DNA of 63,440 nt, the filler included, from Basidiobolus ranarum (Eukaryota): NCBI GenBank assembly GCA_040143965.1. It is 51 parts of 51 records of this genome, joined end to end, with 100 filler letters (N's around TTAATTAATTAA, not from the genome) between each part and the next. Parts side by side here need not be neighbours in the genome. Positions count along the whole stretch, not along the records: positions 59,824 to 60,962 come from JASJQH010006261.1; positions 61,063 to 62,201 come from JASJQH010006262.1; positions 62,302 to 63,440 come from JASJQH010006263.1; 48 more parts are not named here. The stretch is one strand, 5' to 3'. Positions 59,824-63,440 of this stretch are shown one piece after another. How positions within the stretch are numbered: position 1 is the stretch's first letter; each line of letters starts with the position of its first letter. Both the position numbers and the translations under genes were made by a program. The notes under the pieces are model-generated. The model had not been told where the DNA came from. It worked only from the letters and a program-made list of their open reading frames with translations, and did no database searches.

Positions 59824-60962
59824 ATCTTTGCCCAGTGACTGTATCTGTCTGAGATCTGCCAGTGTGAGTTGATGCCGTAAGAATATATTAACAATATTGA
59901 CAAACAACTCCCAATGTTGCAAATACTTATTAGGCAGAAATCTTTACATGATTCCACTTGAATATATATAAGTCCAGTACTTCAAATCTTTCCATTTGAA
60001 TAAACACCTAGATGAGTGGGTATTGATGGGCGTCATGGTAAAATATGATGGCATCTTGACATTTTCAAGCATTTTCCCAATTGATTCAGACTTTGATCCT
60101 ATCTCAAATGGCTCATTCATATTGAATTTTCCACTATACAGCTGAGTAAGTAGTATTGGAATGTTATTGAATAGTAAGCTCATAGTGCCTAATGGGAAGC
60201 TCCAGCACCAGCTGATTCCCTTTAGCAACATAATCTTACGCCTATGGCTAATACTAAGTTTGATGTTAGACTGACTATTTGGTGAATTGATATCAGTAAT
60301 CATGTTGAAATCTGACCATGCTCTTGATGGTGTAATCATTAAGTTTAGTGTTGTATTTAGATAGTAGTAATGAGTATGCCTGCTACAGTAAACTCCATTG
60401 ATTTGACAAAATCTGCAGCAAGATAGTGCATTGGGCCTGTAAAAACCTCCCAGTTTACTGATGGCCGGAGTGTCACCAATACATACAATGATATTAGCTT
60501 TAATAAAATATTCACCCATCTGAACCCTATTAGATAACCATTGAAATTCTGCAATCAAAGGTTCCAGGAAGCCTTCGATAAGCACTGGTGATTTAGGTCC
60601 AGATTTGATGGATAATATCAAAACATTATGACTCTTATACCATTTACAAGGAGGAAGATTTAAGTTGATTAAAATTATTGGCCAGCAAGCCTTTCCAATG
60701 GTATATCTGTTTAGTGAGAAACCATCCAGAGCCAATGCAAATGCATGATCATGCAGGTTTTCAAAGAAACCTTTACTTTTCAGATTCTGGTAGTTGTATC
60801 TATCAAGTATTTTAGTAATACCATCAGCTTTATGGTGAGTACTTTGGTATAGGATCAATGATCTATATTTGGGTGATTTCATCAAAACTTTAAGACAGGA
60901 AATCAATGGTATGTAAGCCAAATATGAACAATATTTACCTGATTCAGTGATTGCCAATTGTG
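59824..60962 (-). mobile_element. CMC Tnp2 transposase core, longest open copy (337 aa)
   Basis: ALALDGFSL, CWPIILINLNLPP, GPKSP, FLEPLIAEF, IGDTPAISKLGGF, CCRFCQING. Confidence 0.95.
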
Positions 60963-61062
60963 NNNNNNNNNNNNNNNNNNNNNNNNNNNNNNNNNNNNNN
61001 NNNNNNTTAATTAATTAANNNNNNNNNNNNNNNNNNNNNNNNNNNNNNNNNNNNNNNNNNNN

Positions 61063-62201
61063 TCTTAGCAACCAGGTGTTTATTGTTATCTTACACTTTT
61101 ATCACAGTTGATTGGTAACTGTTGCTTGCCACAGACTGGTAAAAGTGGAAAACACTTTCAATTGTATGACTTATAACCCTTCAGTAATTGAACTACCTCC
61201 ATGTCCAAATGGTTGTTTCGCTTTCACTGGTGATCCAAAATACCTGAAGTCATATACTGTTTGCACACAATTGGCAATCACTGAATCAGGTAAATATCAT
61301 TCATATTTGGCTTACATACCACTGTTTCACTGTATTAAGGTTTTGATGAAATCACCCAAATATAGATCATTAATCCAAAACAAAAGTAATCACTGTAAAG
61401 CTGATGGTATTCCCAATATACATGTTGGATATCAGTATCATAATCTGAAAAGTTAAGGTTTCTTTGCGAACATGTATGATCATGCATTTGCATTGGCTCT
61501 GAATGGTTTCTTGCTAAACAAATATACCATTGGAGAGGCTTGCTGGCCAATAATTTTAATTAACTTAAATCTTCCTCCTTCTGAATGGTATAAGTGTCAG
61601 AATATCTTGATACTCTCCATCATATCTGGTCCCAAATCACCAGTGTTTATAGCTAGATTCTTGGAGCCTTTGATTGCAGAATTTGAATGACAATCTAATG
61701 GGGTTTGAATGGGTGAATATTTTATTAAAGCTCATATCATTGTATGTATTGGTGACACTCCTGCCATCAGTAAACTTGGAGGTTTTTGCGGACACAATGC
61801 ACTATCTTGCTGTAGATTTTGTCAAATCAATGGAGTCTACTCTATCATGCATGCACATTACTACTATCCGAATACAAAACTAAACTCCATGATCTTACCC
61901 TCAAGAACCTGGTGAGATTTCAACATGATCACTGATATCAATTCCCCAAATAATTGGTCCAACATCAAGCTTGGTACTAGCAGTATGTCTAAGATTATAT
62001 TGCTAAAGGGGATCAGCTGGAGCCAGAGCTTCCTATTAGGCACTATGCACTTACTATTCAAAAACATTCCAACAGTACTTACTCAGTTGTATAGTGGAAA
62101 ATTCAATATGAATGAGCCATCAAGATTGGATCAAAGTTTGAACCATTGGGAAAATGCTAGAAAATGTCAAGATACCATCAAATTTTACCTGGACTTCCAT
62201 C
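61063..62201 (+). mobile_element. CMC Tnp2 transposase core, degenerate
   Basis: GDTPAISKLGGFCGHNALSCCRFC, GTMHLLFKNI. Confidence 0.94.
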
Positions 62202-62301
62202 NNNNNNNNNNNNNNNNNNNNNNNNNNNNNNNNNNNNNNNNNNNNTTAATTAATTAANNNNNNNNNNNNNNNNNNNNNNNNNNNNNNNNNNNNNNNNNNN
62301 N

Positions 62302-63218
62302 AATGATGTAGGTCAAAATGCAACTTAGGTCAAATCAGTAAGTCCAGACAACTTTGAGGACTTGCTGCTAGATGTTGACCTTGGTTATTCCAGTACAGAT
62401 GGTAGTATATCAGAAGTTGAAGAAGAAGACAATGGTTTTGTTACGGACTCTTTGTTATTGGCAAACATTAGTCCACTCATAACACTTACTGTAAAGGAAG
62501 CAGCTTTGATTATTGAGGAGTGGAGAGTTCAATCCAATCTTAGCAACCAGGTGTTTATTGGTTTCCTTACACTTTTACCACAGTTGATTGGCAGCTATTG
62601 CTTGCCACAGAGCTGGTACAAGTGGAAAACACTTGTCAATTGTGTAATTTCTAATCCTTGAGTTATTAAACTGCCTTCATGTCCAAATGGTTGTTTAGCT
62701 TTCATGAGTGATCTGAAAAACCTGAAGTCATGTAGTGTTTAACACTAATTGGCAATCAATGAATCAGGAAAATATTGTTCATATTTGGCTTACATACCGT
62801 TGATTCCCCATCTTAAAGTTTTGATGAAATCACCCATATATAGATCATTGATCCAATACCAAAGTACTCACCGTAAAGCTGATGGTATTAGCAATATACT
62901 TGATGGATATAACTACCAGAATCTGAAAAGTCAAGGTTTCTTTGAGAACATGTATTATCATGCATTTGCATTGGCTTTGGATGGTTTCTCACTAAAAAAT
63001 ATACCATTGGAAAGGTTTGCTGGCCAATAATTTTAATCAATTTAAATCTTCCTCCTTGTGAACAGTATCAGAGTCATAATATTTTGATACTATCCATCAT
63101 ATCTGGACCTAAATCACTAGTGGTTATAGATAGCTTCTTGGAGCCTTTGATTGCGGAATTTGAATGGTTATCTAATGGGGTTCAGATGGGTTAATATTTT
63201 ATTAAAGCTAATATTATA
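62302..63218 (+). mobile_element. CMC transposase N-terminal/core, degenerate
   Basis: Bridges 26676 ORF to the Tnp2 core; ALALDGFSL. Confidence 0.93.
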
Positions 63219-63440
63219 AGACTTGTTCCATTTTATTGAGCCAGATCAGGCCAGCTAAAAAGTATGCCAGCACAAATTGGCATGATTGGGCACTATCTGG
63301 CACGATGTTATTTACCCTTTTTGAAACAGTTTATTTTACTTATGTGGTATGTTTAAGAAAAGTACTTTTAGACATTATTGCACATTCAAAAGATGTTGAA
63401 AGCTTTATTCATAGTGTCTTAAGTCTAGAGCTCTCAATGG
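63219..63440. mobile_element. Terminus of RGACTTGTTCCATT-TIR DNA transposon inserted in CMC transposase
   Basis: AGACTTGTTCCATTTTATTGAGCC, at a position that reads ATT in other transposase copies (ATA here). Confidence 0.75.

Overview
This window is not a contiguous locus. It is 51 small unplaced contigs, length-sorted from 1153 down to 1139 bp, joined by 50 identical artificial 100-nt spacers (N44-TTAATTAATTAA-N44), so adjacency across spacers has no biological meaning. The DNA is fungal; an early-diverging lineage is inferred but not proven. About 42 contigs are decayed, nested, CpG-depleted transposon debris: several Ty1/Copia families (LTR-A to -D), Ty3/Gypsy pol/gag, a roughly 5.2-kb two-ORF CMC/EnSpm (Tnp2) DNA transposon reconstructable from overlapping copies, and a PIF/Harbinger-ISL2EU-like family. 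The remaining CpG-normal contigs carry host fragments: fatty acid synthase beta domains, PMA1, a GT10 fucosyltransferase, an arrestin, UNC-93-like transporters, a Gly/Ser-rich Cys-motif protein and five tRNA genes. Best leads: (1) a 282-bp solo LTR carrying a complete tRNA-like cloverleaf (8928-9209); (2) the CMC element with CCCTAA-initiated termini, a divergent uncharacterised ORF2 and frequent self-insertion; (3) a Copia LTR with non-canonical TG...TA ends; (4) one LTR flanked by both a PPT and a half-tRNA-iMet PBS; (5) a DNA-transposon family that targets AAT/ATT; (6) heat-shock-element arrays in putative LTRs. All alignments were done by eye; no searches were run.
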